From Vicinamibacteria bacterium (GTDB taxonomy: Bacteria > Acidobacteriota > Vicinamibacteria > Marinacidobacterales > Marinacidobacteraceae), in assembly GCA_965199715.1 (NCBI GenBank), contig OZ241322.1, positions 2,176,001 through 2,240,000 on the forward strand: a DNA stretch of 64,000 nt, given 5' to 3'. The notes under the pieces are model-generated. The model saw nothing but the letters and a program-made list of their open reading frames with translations, was not told the DNA's origin and made no database searches. Position 1 is the first letter of the stretch; each line of letters opens with the position of its first letter. Position numbers and translations under genes: made by a program. Positions 44,799 to 55,174 of the stretch are shown piece by piece.

Positions 44799-47700
44799 TC
44801 GCTCGCCGACGGCGGCAGCACCTTCAGCTTGTGGCGCTTCCAGTGGATCTCCGGCTGCGGCTTCTTGGCCGTCATCGCCGCCGCGCCCCACAGATCGCCC
44901 GGCAGCAGCTTCGCGAGGCCGCCCGCAGCGGTCGGCGCGCCGTCCTTCTTGAACCCGGTCACGCCGGAAAGCGTCAGGCTGCGGCGCGCCCGGGTCATCG
45001 CCACGTAGAGACAGCGTCGCTCCTCGGCGGCGCTCCGGCCCGCGTCCTGGACCTGCCAGTGGCTCGAGTCGCCGATCAGCGCGATGCTCCAGTCCCCCTC
45101 GTCGCTCTCCTGGACCCGCAGCCCGGAGCCCCATCCGCCGATCCTCGCGTTCAGATCGACCGCCAGCACGTGGTCGTACTCCAGGCCCTTGGCGGCGTGG
45201 ATGGTGAGCACCTGCACCGCTCCCGCCGCCCGCAGCGGCGCCTGGGTCGCGTCGTGGCCGTCGCCGCCCGCCGACTCGAGATGCCGGGCGGCGTCGGCGA
45301 ACGTCGCGAAGCCGCTCCGCTCCACTCGCTGGACGTGGTGGAGCGCCTTCTCCACGTTCGCCTCCTGCTGGCGCCCCTCGAACGCCCCGCCGGTCGCCCG
45401 CACCCGGTCGAGATAGCCGGTCTCCTCGAGGATCCGCCGCAGCGCGAGCGACGGCGGCAGTTGGCGCGACAGCTTGATCCACGCCGGCGCGACCCGGCCG
45501 GCCTCCGCCAGCGGGCCGTCCGCTTCGATGCGCCCGTTCAGCAGGTCCGCGAACGGCGTCGCCGCCCCGTGATCCCGGGCGCGAAGCTCCGCCAGCGCGC
45601 CGGCGGGGATCGCGAAGAAGCGCGAGCGCAGCAGCTCGACCGCGCGCAGGTCGGACGACGGGCGGGCGAGGAACCGGCAGAGCCCGGTCAGGTCGAGCAC
45701 TTCGGATGAGTCGAAGAACCCGGCTCCCTTGACGAGGTACGTGGGAACCCCGAGCCGCTCCACTGCGTCCCGGTAGAGCCCGAGCCGGGAGGCGGCGCGG
45801 GCGAGGATCGCGATGCGGTCGAGCGGAACCCCCCGGGCGGCGAGCGCCGCGATCCGGGCGGCGACCCGCCGCGCCGCTTCGTCGTGGTCCTGGGCGACCG
45901 CGACCGACAGCGGGATCTCCTCCGCCGGCCCCTCGTCCATCGGGCCGGCCTCTTCGGGGAAGCGGTCGTCGTCGTCGTAGCGGAAGCTCCAGTCGCGGTC
46001 GGCCTCGCGGTCGGCCTGCGCGATCGCGGCTGCCGTGTCGTTCACGAACGAGCGCAGCGGGCCGGTGGAGCGGAAGTTCCACCGGAGCGCGAGGCGGGGA
46101 TGGGTCTTCGGGCGCATCCGCTCCCGGATCCAGTTCTCGGTGCGGTTCAGGATCTCGACCCGAGCGCTGCGGAAGCGGTAGATGGACTGCTTGTGGTCGC
46201 CCACCACGAACAGCGTCGGCGCGCCCAGCCGGCCCCCGGTGACCCGGCGCACTTCCTCGGCGGCCAGCCCCTCGCCGCTCGTCCACGGTTCGGCGATCGC
46301 CCGGAGCAGCTCCCACTGCGGGTCGCTCGTGTCCTGGAACTCGTCGAGAAGCAGGTGGTGGTAGCGGGACTCCAGCCGGAACCGGCTCTCGGCGAACTCC
46401 CCGGTCGCGCCCAGCAGATTCGTGGCGGCGACGGTGAGATCGTCGAAGTCCATGACCCCGCGGTCTTCCTTGAGCCGCTGGTACTCCGCCTCGACCGCCT
46501 GGAGCAGCCGCCAGACCGGGTCGAACGTCCGCTCGTTCAGCGAGTCCAGCCACTCGACGTTGAACTCCCTGAGCAGCGGCCGCAGCTTCCTGTACTCCGC
46601 CATGACCGGACGAAGGGGACCCTTGAGGTGCTTCGGAGCCGTCTTGAGGCCGAGCGGAATCCACTCCAGCAACGCTTCCCGGTCGAGCGCGTCGCGGGAG
46701 CCGGCCTGCTCCGACAGCTTCAGCGCGAGGCGCACCGGGGTCGGCAGCTTGCCGTCGTAGCCCGCGAGAATCCGCCGCGCGTCGGCCTCGACCCCGCGGA
46801 ACCCGTCGCGCAGCGCCGGCCGGGGCCGGGGAGCCCCTCCGGCCGCCGCCCGGCTCTCGAAGGTGCGCCGCCAGGTGAGCCGGTTCTGCAAGTAACCCGC
46901 CGCCACCCCGTCCAGCCGGGCGAGGCTCTTGCCGAGCAGCGGCAGTTCCGCGAGCAGCTTGCGGTCGAAGCCGGTCGCCCCGGTGAGCACCCGGCCGATG
47001 GCCTCGGCCTGCACGACCGGCATCTCGCGCTCGTCCAGCACTTCCGCGCCGGGGGCCACGCCGGCGTCCAACGGGAACTCGCGGATCAGCCCGAGGTTGA
47101 AGGCGTCGAGCGTCGAGACCTGCACCTCGCCGAGATCGGGGCGGCGGGTCCACTCCTCGCGCATCTCCGGCTGCGCGAGCCGGGCCACGATCCGGTCCTT
47201 CATTTCCGCGGCGGCCTTGCGGGTGAAGGTGAGCGCGAGGACGTTGCGGGGCGGGACCCCGGCGCGGATCAGGTTCACGTACCGCTCGGTGAGCACCGTC
47301 GTCTTGCCGGTGCCGGCGGACGCGGCGAGCACTGCGTGGCGCCTCGGGTCGGCGGCCGCCCGGCGGGCCGCGTGGTCGCTCGGCGTGAACGCGACCGGGG
47401 TCCGGGGCGGGGCCTGGGGCGCCGGCGCCCCAGGGACGAGCGTCCGCGCCGGCTCCGGCTCGTCGGGGAGGTCGGGGCGCAGCGGCAGCGGGCGGTCGAA
47501 CGGGCGCAGCCGCGCCGGGAACTCCCCGGCGGCGAGCCCGTCGCGGACCTCCCGGATGCGCTTGTCGATCTCCCCGGCGCCGTCGTCGCCCACCCACGTG
47601 CGGTCCTTGAAGAAGGGAACCACGAACGAGTCCGCGCCGACCAGCCGGGCGTAGAGCCGGGCCTGCAGGCGCGCCGCGTCCTTGCCGCGCGACGAGCCCG

Positions 47701-50110
47701 ACTTGAGCTCGACGACCCGCAGCCCGTCCGGGGTCCGGTCCACCCGATCCACTTTGCCCCGGACGTGCAGCGCGGGGAGCGACCCGGTCGCCGGCTCGAC
47801 GATCCCGTCCAGCTCGCCTTCGACCTGGACCGGCTGCGCGGGGCCGCGCTCCGCCTCCTCGCGCAGGTACCACTCCAGCGCCGACGGATGCGAGTCCCCG
47901 CCGAACAACCACAGCTCCTCGGCGGCGGAAGCGTCCTCGCCCATGCCGGGGGCGATCGACGAGCGGAAGCGTCGCCGGTAGAACTCGAGCGCGTCGTCGA
48001 TCGTCGCTTCGGTGAGCGGCCCGAAGCGGCGGAAGAACTCGGGCGCGGCTTCCAGCAGCTTGTGGACGCGGTCGCCCCGGGCGATCGCGGAGCCGAAGTC
48101 GTTCAGCGTCTCTTCCCGGGGGAGCCGCAGCACCCGGTCGAGAAAGAACTGCGCCGGGTTCGCCGCGTACAGCGTCAGCGCCGAGGGCGACACCCAACGA
48201 CCGAGGTCCACCGCCGAGGGGGCCGTCCGCTCGAGGCTGCGCGGCAGCGGGACCGCGGCCGGGTCGGGGATCCGTTCGGGAAGGGAGACCGGCGCGCGCT
48301 CCTCCGGGTTCGCCCCGAGCGCCTCGCCGAGGCTCGCGAAGATCGGGGATTCGCCGGCGGGGAAGCCGTCCTCGAGCTCGGCCCGAGCGAAGCCCGCCGC
48401 CTTGCGGGGAAGCGTCGCGAACGCGCGCAGCAGGCGCCGCTCCCGCCGCCGCGCCTCCGAGAGTCGCTTGCGGGTCGCGTCCTCCAGAACCCTCGTCGGA
48501 AGGAAGATGTTCCCGGCGCGGGGGCCGGGCCAGTCGGCGTCGCCGACCCCCAGCAGCACGACGCAGTCGTAGTCGCCGAAGGGGGCGTCCTCGGCCTGGA
48601 TCAGGTGGACGCCGTCGCGTCCTCGATACCGGACCGTCCGCTGGCGCCGCAACTGGCGGCGGACGCGGTCCCGGAACCGGGCCGGCGTTCCGACCGGAGT
48701 CGCGGGCAGCGCGGGATCCGCCGCCCGCCGCAGCGCGTCCATGGCCGGCTCCGGCCCGCCGGGAAAGCAGTCCTCGACGAAGCCGACGAAGCACTCCACC
48801 GCCTCGTGGAAGGGCGTTTCCGGGTTCTGGATCGGCGCGAGCCGGCGGGCGTGCTCGGCGAGCCGGGCGAGAACGCGCGCAGCGACCCGCAGTTCCCGCT
48901 CCCGGCGTTCGTCGCCTTCCGGCGGTTCGACGAGCTTCCCGAGGTTCGCCGGATCGTGAGTGTCGCGCACGTCCTCGTAGGCCAGGCGCGGCTCGGCGAC
49001 GTCGGCGAGCCGCGCCGGGGCGTTCCCGAGCGCCTGGTCGCGAAAGAACGGGCTCCGCAGGAGCGCGAACCCGTTCGAGAGGCGGCCCGGAGCCTCGGCG
49101 AAGGCCAGCGCGTCGTCGAGCGCCGCCGGCCACGGCTCCTCGGCGAGCGACGGCTGGAAGTCGGTCTGGAACGGGATCCCCGCGGCGGCGAGATCGTCCG
49201 CGTACGCCGCCGGGCGCCGCGCCGCGACCGCGCAGCGCTCGTACGAACCGAAGCCCGCGAGCATCGCGGCGGCCGCGCGGGTCTCGCCGGCGCGGTCGGT
49301 CGTCCGGAAGAGGATGGATCCGTCGCCGGGGACGAACAGGCGCGGCGCCGGGGCCGCGACCGAATCGGCGCGGACCTCGTCGGCGGTCCAGCCCGGCGGG
49401 AGCGCGGGCGCCGCCTCGTCCTCCAGCAGCAGGAAGTCGAGCCCGCCGACGATCGTCGCGAGGATCTCCGCGTCGGCGATCCCGACGGCGTCCCCGCCGC
49501 CGACGCGGACCCGGGACCACGGGGCCTCGGGCGGCCGGGCCAGCAACCGCCGCCGCGCCAGGTCGAGATCGCAGCGGCCCGACGTCTCGAGCCCCTCGAC
49601 GTAGCCCCGGTGCGCGGACTCCAGCCAGCCGGTCAACCGCAGCAGCCGTTCCGCCCCCTCGTCGGTCCCCCGGGCCTCTTCGAAGGTCCGCCGGGCGCGC
49701 TCCAGCAGCGCGTGGAACGCCGGCCGGTCCGGCGCGATCGGGCGGTCGCGCGCCTGCTCGTCGAAAAGGCGCAGCAGCGGCCCGGCTAGGCGCAGCGGAT
49801 TGCCCTTCGGCGCCCCCGGATCGTCCGCCGCGGCGAGCACCGCGCTCTCCATGAGCAGCGAGCGTTCGAGCGGCGTGGCGAGGGTTCCGGGCGGGTCGGC
49901 GCGCAGCAGCAGCTCGGCGAGAGCCTCCGCTGCGGTCCGAACCTGCGGAAGCTCGGCGGCCGGGCGGTCGGGGGCGAGCAGCCGGTCGCGCAACGCTCGT
50001 TCGAGCGCCCGGCTCGCGCCCGACGACGGAGTCAGGATCAGGCCCGAGGCGTCCCCGGCGAGCCGCTCCCGCAGCGTCCGCCAGTCCCGACAGCGGACGA
50101 TCCGGATCAC
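44795..50110 (-). CDS. Fused AddB-like (inactive helicase + PD-(D/E)XK nuclease) - AddA-like UvrD helicase
   Basis: SPSALTLY..NPAQFF, RGKVDRVD..VELKSG, LQARLY, then ASAGTGKT, LTFTRKAA.EM, DEFQDTS, VGDHKQSIYRFR, NFRS, TIHAAKGLE, LYVAMTRA. Confidence 0.9.
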   Translation of the reverse strand: MIRIVRCRDWRTLRERLAGDASGLILTPSSGASRALERALRDRLLAPDRPAAELPQVRTAAEALAELLLRADPPGTLATPLERSLLMESAVLAAADDPGAPKGNPLRLAGPLLRLFDEQARDRPIAPDRPAFHALLERARRTFEEARGTDEGAERLLRLTGWLESAHRGYVEGLETSGRCDLDLARRRLLARPPEAPWSRVRVGGGDAVGIADAEILATIVGGLDFLLLEDEAAPALPPGWTADEVRADSVAAPAPRLFVPGDGSILFRTTDRAGETRAAAAMLAGFGSYERCAVAARRPAAYADDLAAAGIPFQTDFQPSLAEEPWPAALDDALAFAEAPGRLSNGFALLRSPFFRDQALGNAPARLADVAEPRLAYEDVRDTHDPANLGKLVEPPEGDERRERELRVAARVLARLAEHARRLAPIQNPETPFHEAVECFVGFVEDCFPGGPEPAMDALRRAADPALPATPVGTPARFRDRVRRQLRRQRTVRYRGRDGVHLIQAEDAPFGDYDCVVLLGVGDADWPGPRAGNIFLPTRVLEDATRKRLSEARRRERRLLRAFATLPRKAAGFARAELEDGFPAGESPIFASLGEALGANPEERAPVSLPERIPDPAAVPLPRSLERTAPSAVDLGRWVSPSALTLYAANPAQFFLDRVLRLPREETLNDFGSAIARGDRVHKLLEAAPEFFRRFGPLTEATIDDALEFYRRRFRSSIAPGMGEDASAAEELWLFGGDSHPSALEWYLREEAERGPAQPVQVEGELDGIVEPATGSLPALHVRGKVDRVDRTPDGLRVVELKSGSSRGKDAARLQARLYARLVGADSFVVPFFKDRTWVGDDGAGEIDKRIREVRDGLAAGEFPARLRPFDRPLPLRPDLPDEPEPARTLVPGAPAPQAPPRTPVAFTPSDHAARRAAADPRRHAVLAASAGTGKTTVLTERYVNLIRAGVPPRNVLALTFTRKAAAEMKDRIVARLAQPEMREEWTRRPDLGEVQVSTLDAFNLGLIREFPLDAGVAPGAEVLDEREMPVVQAEAIGRVLTGATGFDRKLLAELPLLGKSLARLDGVAAGYLQNRLTWRRTFESRAAAGGAPRPRPALRDGFRGVEADARRILAGYDGKLPTPVRLALKLSEQAGSRDALDREALLEWIPLGLKTAPKHLKGPLRPVMAEYRKLRPLLREFNVEWLDSLNERTFDPVWRLLQAVEAEYQRLKEDRGVMDFDDLTVAATNLLGATGEFAESRFRLESRYHHLLLDEFQDTSDPQWELLRAIAEPWTSGEGLAAEEVRRVTGGRLGAPTLFVVGDHKQSIYRFRSARVEILNRTENWIRERMRPKTHPRLALRWNFRSTGPLRSFVNDTAAAIAQADREADRDWSFRYDDDDRFPEEAGPMDEGPAEEIPLSVAVAQDHDEAARRVAARIAALAARGVPLDRIAILARAASRLGLYRDAVERLGVPTYLVKGAGFFDSSEVLDLTGLCRFLARPSSDLRAVELLRSRFFAIPAGALAELRARDHGAATPFADLLNGRIEADGPLAEAGRVAPAWIKLSRQLPPSLALRRILEETGYLDRVRATGGAFEGRQQEANVEKALHHVQRVERSGFATFADAARHLESAGGDGHDATQAPLRAAGAVQVLTIHAAKGLEYDHVLAVDLNARIGGWGSGLRVQESDEGDWSIALIGDSSHWQVQDAGRSAAEERRCLYVAMTRARRSLTLSGVTGFKKDGAPTAAGGLAKLLPGDLWGAAAMTAKKPQPEIHWKRHKLKVLPPSASE

Positions 50111-50147
50111 GCCGGGAGCCTAAGCCGTTTTCGGTAGGCTCCCGGAC
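50111..50147. promoter_or_regulatory. Palindromic bidirectional leaderless promoter
   Basis: CCGGGAGCCTA (50112-50122) - 12 nt - TAGGCTCCCGG (50135-50145). Each arm places TAGGCT 6-7 nt before a start codon (GTG 50110, ATG 50148). Confidence 0.65.
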
Positions 50148-52982
50148 ATGTTCCGGCGGACGCTTCTCGCGCTGGGGCTTCTCGCCGGCGGCTGCGGCGA
50201 GGAGAGCGCGGCCCGGCGGACCCTCGAGCGGATGGACCTCGAGGAGCGCGTCGGCCAGCTCGTGATGCCGCGGGCGCCGGCGAGCTTCCGGCACGACGCG
50301 GATCCCGAGTGGCGGGAGCTCCTGGATCTCGCCGCCTCCGGCCGAATCGGCGGGGTCGTCGTCTTCGCGGGGACGCCCGAAGGCACCCGCGACGTGACCC
50401 GGGCGCTCGCCGCCGCTTCCCCCGTCGCGCCGCTCGTCGCCGCCGACTACGAGTGGGGAACGGCGATGCGCACCGAGGGCGGCCTGCGCTTCCCGCCGGC
50501 GCTCCAGGCGGGGGCCGAGCCGGATCCGGACGCGGCGTACCGGCAGGGCGCGATCATCGCGAGGGAGGCGCGGGCCGTCGGCGTGCACCTCGTGCTGGCC
50601 CCGGTGCTGGACGTGCTCCAGTCGCCGGAGAGCGAGGTCATCGGGATCCGCTCCTACGGGGCCGATCCGGCGACCGTCGGCGCGCTCGGGGCGGCGCTGA
50701 TCCGGGGGGTGGAGGAGAACGGCGCGCTCGCGACCGCGAAGCACTTCCCCGGCCACGGCGGCACCGCGACCGACAGCCACCACCGGCTGGCGCAGGTTCC
50801 CGCTTCCCGCGAGCATCTCGAACGCCACGACCTCGCGCCCTTCCGCGAGGCGGTCGCCGCCGGGGTCTCGGCGGTGATGCCGGGCCACCTCGCGGTGCCG
50901 GCGCTCGACGGCCGGGCCGACCGACCCGCGATCCTCTCGCCCGAGATCCTCGGGGGTCTGCTGCGCGAGGACATGGGGTTCGCCGGGCTCGTGGTGAGCG
51001 ACGCGCTCGAGATGGAGGGGGCGCGCGGCGGCCGGTTCGACGGCGAGGTCGCGGTCGAGGCGGTGGCCGCAGGCGTGGACGTGGTCCTCGTTCCGAAGGA
51101 TCCGCTCGTCGCGTTCCAGTCGCTCGTCCGGGGCGTCCGGGAGGGGCGGCTCTCCGAGGAGCGCGTCGCGGAGGCGGCGCTGCGGGTGCTGGAGGCCAAG
51201 GAGCGGCTCGGCCTGCTCGGCGAGCCGGACGCCCCCGACCTGCACCGCTCGTTCGCCGACCCCGCCGACCGGGAGTGGGTCGAGTCGCTCTTCGGGCGCG
51301 GCCTGACGCTCGTGCGCGATCCCGGCGACCTGCTGCCGCTGTCCAGTCCGGCGCTTCTCGTCGAGATCTCGCGGGAGGGGCCGTACGAGCCGGACCGCCG
51401 CCCGCTGCGCGAGGAGCTTCGGCGGCGCGGCGCCTGGGCGGGCCGCATCCCGACGCTCGCGCACGGAGCGCTCCCGCCCGGCGCGCTCGAGGAGCGGGCG
51501 GCCCGGGCCGACGCGATCCTGCTCGCCGACTATCGCCGGTACGGATACGGCGTTCCGGACGGATTGCTTCAGGCGCTCGCGCCGTTCGGCGATCGGCTCG
51601 TCGCGGTCTCGTTCGGGAACCCGGTCACGCTCTCGGGGCTCCCCGAGGAGGCGGCTATCCTGCTCGCCTGGGACGGCGCCGAGGCGAGCCAGCGCGCCGC
51701 CGCCCGAGGGCTCTTCGGCGAGGCGGACGTGAGCGGGCGGTTGCCGATCCCGTTCGAGTCCCACGCTCTCGGCGAGGGACAGGACCAGCCGGCGGTCCGG
51801 CAACGGCTCCGGCGAGCGGACCCCGAGGAGGTCGGCATGAGCGCATCGGGCCTCGACGCCGTGCGGCGGGTCGTCCTCGACGCGATCGCCGACGGAACCA
51901 CCCCCGGCGCCAGCGCGATCGTGGTCCGGCGTGGCCGGATCGTGCTTCAGGAGGGCTTCGGGCGGCAGACGTGGGACGCCGGCTCGCCTGAGATCGCTCC
52001 CGACACGATCTACGACCTCGCCTCGCTGACCAAGGTCGTCGGCACGACGACGCTGGTGATGATGCTGGTCGAGGACGGGCTGCTCGACGTCTCGCTTCCG
52101 GTGAGCGCCTACCTCCCCGAGTTCCTCGACCGCGCCCCGTCGGAAGCGGAGCGCGCCCGGCGCGTTCCGGTCACGGTCGCGGACCTGCTCGCCCACTCGT
52201 CGGGGCTGCCCGCGTGGATCCAGTTCTATCTCGAGTTCGATCCCGAGGCTCGCGGGCTTCCGCTCGAGGACGCCCGCCGGATGGTGCTGGACCGGATCCT
52301 CGGCGCGACCTCCGACTACGAGCCGCGCACCGACGCCGTGTATTCGGACAACGGGCTTCTGCTGCTTGGCGAGATCCTCGAGCGGGTCTCGGGGTCGCGC
52401 CTCGACGTCCTGGCGCAGGACCGGATCTTCGGGCCGCTCGGGATGACGGACACCGGCTATCGCCCGGCGGCGGAGCTCCTGCCCCGGATCGCGCCCACCG
52501 AGGACAACCCGTGGCGGGGCCATGTCGTCCACGGGCAGGTCCACGACGAGAACACGGTCGTTCTGGGCGAAGTCGCGGCGCACGCCGGGCTCTTCAGCAC
52601 CACCGGCGACCTCGCGACGTTCCTCCAGATGCTCCTCAACGGCGGCGCGATGCGCGGCGAGCGCCTGCTCCGCGCCGACACGATCGCCCGGTTCACCCGC
52701 CGCGCCGGCCTCGTCCCCGGCAGCAGCCGGGCGCTCGGCTGGGACACGCCGTCGGGCGACCGTTCGTCGGCGGGCGGCTTCTTCTCGGCCTCGTCGTTCG
52801 GCCACACCGGCTTCACCGGCACGTCGATCTGGGTGGACCCCGAGCGCGAGCTGTTCGCCGTCCTGCTCACGAACCGGGTGCACCCGACCCGCGAGAACGA
52901 CGGAATCTTCCGGCTTCGGCCGTCGTTTCACGACGCGGTCGCCCGCGCCCTCACGGACCACGATCCCGTTCGGCGCGAGTAG
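50148..52982 (+). CDS. GH3 beta-N-acetylglucosaminidase fused to a beta-lactamase-family serine hydrolase (NagZ-AmiE-like), lipoprotein
   Basis: Lipobox LAGGC, ADYEWG, KHFPGHG....DSH, SDAL.M, then SLTK, LLAHSSG, YSD, GHTGFTG, TNRVHP. Confidence 0.9.
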   Translation: MFRRTLLALGLLAGGCGEESAARRTLERMDLEERVGQLVMPRAPASFRHDADPEWRELLDLAASGRIGGVVVFAGTPEGTRDVTRALAAASPVAPLVAADYEWGTAMRTEGGLRFPPALQAGAEPDPDAAYRQGAIIAREARAVGVHLVLAPVLDVLQSPESEVIGIRSYGADPATVGALGAALIRGVEENGALATAKHFPGHGGTATDSHHRLAQVPASREHLERHDLAPFREAVAAGVSAVMPGHLAVPALDGRADRPAILSPEILGGLLREDMGFAGLVVSDALEMEGARGGRFDGEVAVEAVAAGVDVVLVPKDPLVAFQSLVRGVREGRLSEERVAEAALRVLEAKERLGLLGEPDAPDLHRSFADPADREWVESLFGRGLTLVRDPGDLLPLSSPALLVEISREGPYEPDRRPLREELRRRGAWAGRIPTLAHGALPPGALEERAARADAILLADYRRYGYGVPDGLLQALAPFGDRLVAVSFGNPVTLSGLPEEAAILLAWDGAEASQRAAARGLFGEADVSGRLPIPFESHALGEGQDQPAVRQRLRRADPEEVGMSASGLDAVRRVVLDAIADGTTPGASAIVVRRGRIVLQEGFGRQTWDAGSPEIAPDTIYDLASLTKVVGTTTLVMMLVEDGLLDVSLPVSAYLPEFLDRAPSEAERARRVPVTVADLLAHSSGLPAWIQFYLEFDPEARGLPLEDARRMVLDRILGATSDYEPRTDAVYSDNGLLLLGEILERVSGSRLDVLAQDRIFGPLGMTDTGYRPAAELLPRIAPTEDNPWRGHVVHGQVHDENTVVLGEVAAHAGLFSTTGDLATFLQMLLNGGAMRGERLLRADTIARFTRRAGLVPGSSRALGWDTPSGDRSSAGGFFSASSFGHTGFTGTSIWVDPERELFAVLLTNRVHPTRENDGIFRLRPSFHDAVARALTDHDPVRRE

Positions 52983-53124
52983 CGGCGGGCGTTTCGACTC
53001 TCGCGGCTCCAGCGGGGACGCCGCCCTGAGCGCCGGAAACGCATGATCCTCTGCCCTCGAATGGACTTCCCGCGCCGCGACCGGCGTCGATGCGGCTCCG
53101 CGCGAACCTCGGAGGAGACCAGTC

Positions 53125-55096
53125 ATGAGACATGCGCGCACGTTCCTGGCCGCCTTGGCGGCGCTCGCCGGCGGCGGTAACGGACCGTCGGTCGCCCCCA
53201 CCCCGACGGCGCCCCCGGCGCGGCATCGGACTTCGAGGCGCGGGGCGGCCCCGGCTACGTCGAGTGGACGTGGAGCGGGACGTCCAGCGACGGCTGGCAG
53301 GTCGAGTACAGCGTCGGCGCGGACTTCGAGCCGGGCGCGAACGCGGAGGTCGTCACAAGCCCGAGCTTCCGCATCGACGGCCTGAAAGAGGACGACGCGG
53401 CGCACGCCCGGGTGCGCGTCGCGGACGGCGCGGTCTCCGACGTCGTGCGCGCGACGGCGTTGAAGCCGCCCGAGCCGATCGCGGCTCCGGTGCACTTTCA
53501 GGTCACGGACGACACGGTGACGTGGACCGCGGTGGAGAACGCGTTGAGCTACGAGGTGCTGGTCCGGACCGAGGGCGGAACGTGGCTCGTCGTGGCGTGC
53601 GGCGGGGACGGGACCGTCACTCGGTGCGCCGCGATCGGGCTGGCGTGGGGCGATTCCTTCGAGACGCGGGTGCGGGCGAATCCCGATCCTGCGGACGAGG
53701 CCCAAGCCTCGAGCACGTGGACTGCCACCCCCGCGGCGACCACGGAGGAGGAAGCAGGCGGCGCAAGCTTCCGGCAGGGAGAAGAGGAAGACACGAGTCC
53801 GCTGAAGGCGCCGCACCAGTTCAATTTCACGACTTCCGACTTGAGCCGGACGACCTTCCTGGTCACGTAGAACTGGAGCCGGGGCGCGGAGACGTACGAG
53901 CTGCGATACCGCGCCAGCGGCGCCGCGGAATGGGTGAGCGGCGCCTGCGCCCATCCCACGTCGGAGGCGTGCGTGGTGACGGGCCTGACCGACGGGAACG
54001 ACCACGAAGAGCAGGTCAGCTCGATTCCGCCGGCCTCGTCCTCGCGGCAGCCGAGCGAATGGGGCGAGAGCTCCGTCACGACCCCCGAGGACACGGGCCC
54101 GGTCCAGCTCGCCAAGCCGACTCGGGTTCTCGCCTCGACCACGAGCGCCACGAGCGTGTGGTTCGTCTGGAACCCCGTGGATGCGGCCGCGATCCACGAG
54201 GTGCAGGGAAAGCGCGTCAGCGCGTCCTCGTGGGACGACATGACCTGCACCGGGGACTCCCGCGACACCCCGTGCAATGTCACGGGACTCTCCCTCCCGC
54301 CAGCAGTACGACTTCCGGGTGCGGGGGGCCCGATCCGAACGACGCGAACCTGTCCATCGGGGCGTGGAGCGACACGCTGACCGCCACGACCAAGGGCGGC
54401 GGAACGGGGACCGGCGCGCTTCCCGCGCCCACCGGCCTGACCGGTTCGTGGAACGTCGCCGTCCCGAGGTCCCTCTTCCTCGCGTGGAAGCCGGTGGAGA
54501 ACGCGGTCACGTACGACGTGCAGCACACGCAGATCGGAGTGACCGGCTGCATCAACGAATGCTCCGGGACGACCCGGATGGGCTGCACGATCGACGGTCC
54601 GGCGCGGGCGGCGCTGCGCGAGATCCGCGTGCGGGCGCACCCGGCCTCGAGCGACACGGACCGTTCCACGAGCGACTGGTCCGCGGGGATCTTCCTTTCG
54701 ACTCCCTCGGATCCGGGCCCTCCGCGCCTCGGGACTCCGACCGGCTTCAACTCGTCCAACACGGACGCGACCACCGTCTCGCTCACCTGGACTCCGGCGT
54801 TCGACATCGGTCAGCGGACCTACGAGGTGCGGCTCAAGGCCAGCGGCGGCGACTGGGAGGCCTCGGGTTGCGGCGCGACCGCCAGCTTCTTCTGCGACGT
54901 CACCGGCCTGACCCCCGCGACGGAATACTCGGCGCGCGTCCGGTCGGTTCCGAATTCCGACGAGTTCCGCACGAGCGACTGGAGCACGGAAATCAGCTTC
55001 ACGACATTGAGGCGGTGACCTCCTGAGGCCGGGGCCTGGACAGCGACGTCAGTTCGAGCGATTGGGTCCAGGTGAACTTATCGGCCGCGAACTAGC
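53125..55096 (+). pseudogene. Multi-fibronectin type III surface protein, disrupted
   Basis: GGAGGAG RBS and signal-like N-terminus. About six FN3 repeats (W..V..A..Y....C....C.V.GL....Y..RVR...S.W) spread over several frames, with a TAG at 53868-53870. Confidence 0.82.
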
Positions 55097-55102
55097 GCCG
55101 CG

Positions 55103-55131
55103 GCGCCCTCCGCCTCTGTTGCGGAGGGCGC
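55103..55131. terminator. GC-rich hairpin (possible terminator or REP-like element)
   Basis: GCGCCCTCCGC-ctctgtt-GCGGAGGGCGC, 11-bp perfect stem, no U-tract. Confidence 0.45.
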
Positions 55132-55174
55132 TCCCTATCCCCTACGATTTCCGGGCGTTCCTCCCGGAGGCCCC

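Noticed and set aside
52983-53124. Possible structured RNA or riboswitch upstream of the FN3 gene (GCGTTTC...GAAACGC pairing)
   Set aside because: No recognisable riboswitch consensus, and such pairing is expected by chance at this GC content. An Rfam scan would settle it.
44340-54197. 3285-aa minus-strand ORF, and other very long Arg/Gly/Pro-rich ORFs (e.g. 16845-20774, 45884-49789, 9613-12654)
   Set aside because: Shadow frames of real genes in very GC-rich DNA. Only the last 152 codons (44340-44798) and the Cache part of 9613-12654 look coding.
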